Shown one piece after another: positions 43,470 to 43,947 of a stretch of DNA of 43,947 nt (its first letter is position 1; every line of letters starts with the position of its first letter). The notes beneath the pieces are model-generated. The model made no database searches. It saw only the letters and a list, made by a program, of their open reading frames with translations, and was not told the origin of the DNA. The stretch is from IMG/VR virus record IMGVR_UViG_3300046739_000203, positions 1 to 43,947 of that record. One strand, given 5' to 3'. A program made the translations under genes and the position numbers. The DNA comes from a virus (taxonomy: Duplodnaviria > Caudoviricetes).

Positions 43470-43947
43470 CTAATCGTAATCGGGCCGGTCCTCGGTGCCG
43501 TCTCGGTCCTCGGTCACACGACCGGCTTTCAAGATAGTGTCGGCGGCGTGGAAAATCTTTTGTGCCGAACGCTCGGGTATTTCGCCGCCCCAGTTCTGGA
43601 TATACCCGCGACAAAATTCCGCCCCAGGCAACCCGAGCGATTCCAGGCAAAGTAGCGCCACCGATTCCGCTTCGATTTCTTTCAAATTGCGCGGGGTTGC
43701 TTCGGTATCGTTGAAAGCGGTTTCGGTCGTGTGTCCCAGGAGTATGTGCCCGAGTTCGTGAAAGGTTGTTTTCGCGGGCAATTCCGCCAGCGGGTTTATC
43801 GCGATTTCCCGAGCGCGGGCGTAACCCTGTACGTTGCCGTTGAGTATCTGGAATTCGGTTTCGGTCACGTCAAGCGCCGCCAGGGCCGTTGTACGATCCC
43901 AGGCCGGAACCGCTGGCGGAACATACTCCGCGCCATCGGTTTGTCCG
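43470..43947 (-). CDS. ardC: ArdC-like protein, C-terminal zincin-like metallopeptidase part
   Basis: TTFHELGHILLGH, EIEAES, GYIQNW and IFHAADTIL; in frame with 1..453 across the junction. Confidence 0.8.
   Translation of the reverse strand, partial: GQTDGAEYVPPAVPAWDRTTALAALDVTETEFQILNGNVQGYARAREIAINPLAELPAKTTFHELGHILLGHTTETAFNDTEATPRNLKEIEAESVALLCLESLGLPGAEFCRGYIQNWGGEIPERSAQKIFHAADTILKAGRVTEDRDGTEDRPDYD
43830..43947. repeat. End overlap, copy 2
   Basis: Matches 1-118 with 4 mismatches. Confidence 0.95.

Noticed and set aside
43830-43947. End repeat as a biological direct terminal repeat
   Set aside because: It lies in the middle of the ArdC gene and has synonymous mismatches, so an assembly overlap of a circular sequence explains it better.
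1-43947. Alternative genetic code or stop-codon reassignment
   Set aside because: Core genes are intact under the standard code, and TAG, TGA and TAA all serve as coupled stops.

Overview
The window looks like a complete, circularly permuted genome of a temperate podovirus-type dsDNA phage, about 43.8 kb once a 118-nt end overlap is removed. The overlap splits an ArdC-like gene. Modules in order: (i) A minus-strand early region that wraps the contig ends (41.3-43.9 kb plus 1-1.8 kb). It has two identical near-consensus sigma70 promoters, a repeated CA-rich leader before most genes, an ArdC-like gene and a sliding-clamp (DnaN)-like protein. (ii) A highly structured non-coding segment (1.8-2.3 kb). 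(iii) An accessory cluster with an atypical tRNA-Thr(CGT), SLOG/DUF2493, MqsA/YgiT-like Zn finger, Fic and many Cys-rich microproteins. (iv) Packaging and virion genes: TerS, TerL, P22-like portal, scaffold, N4-gp56-like capsid, adaptor, nozzle, a YadA-repeat fibre and three probable ejection proteins. (v) A second accessory cluster. (vi) Cro-like HTH, ERF, nuclease, ParB-like DGQHR protein, a lone primase Zn-binding domain and excisionase. (vii) An intact attP (3' half of tRNA-Arg(CCT)) with TTGGCCAC arm repeats, next to a tyrosine integrase. (viii) HNH, an initiator with iterons, a helicase-loader-like protein, a C5 DNA methyltransferase split across two overlapping frames, vWA and a DUF1064-like nuclease. 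No endolysin or CI-type repressor is recognisable. All calls come from reading motifs by eye; no database searches were run.
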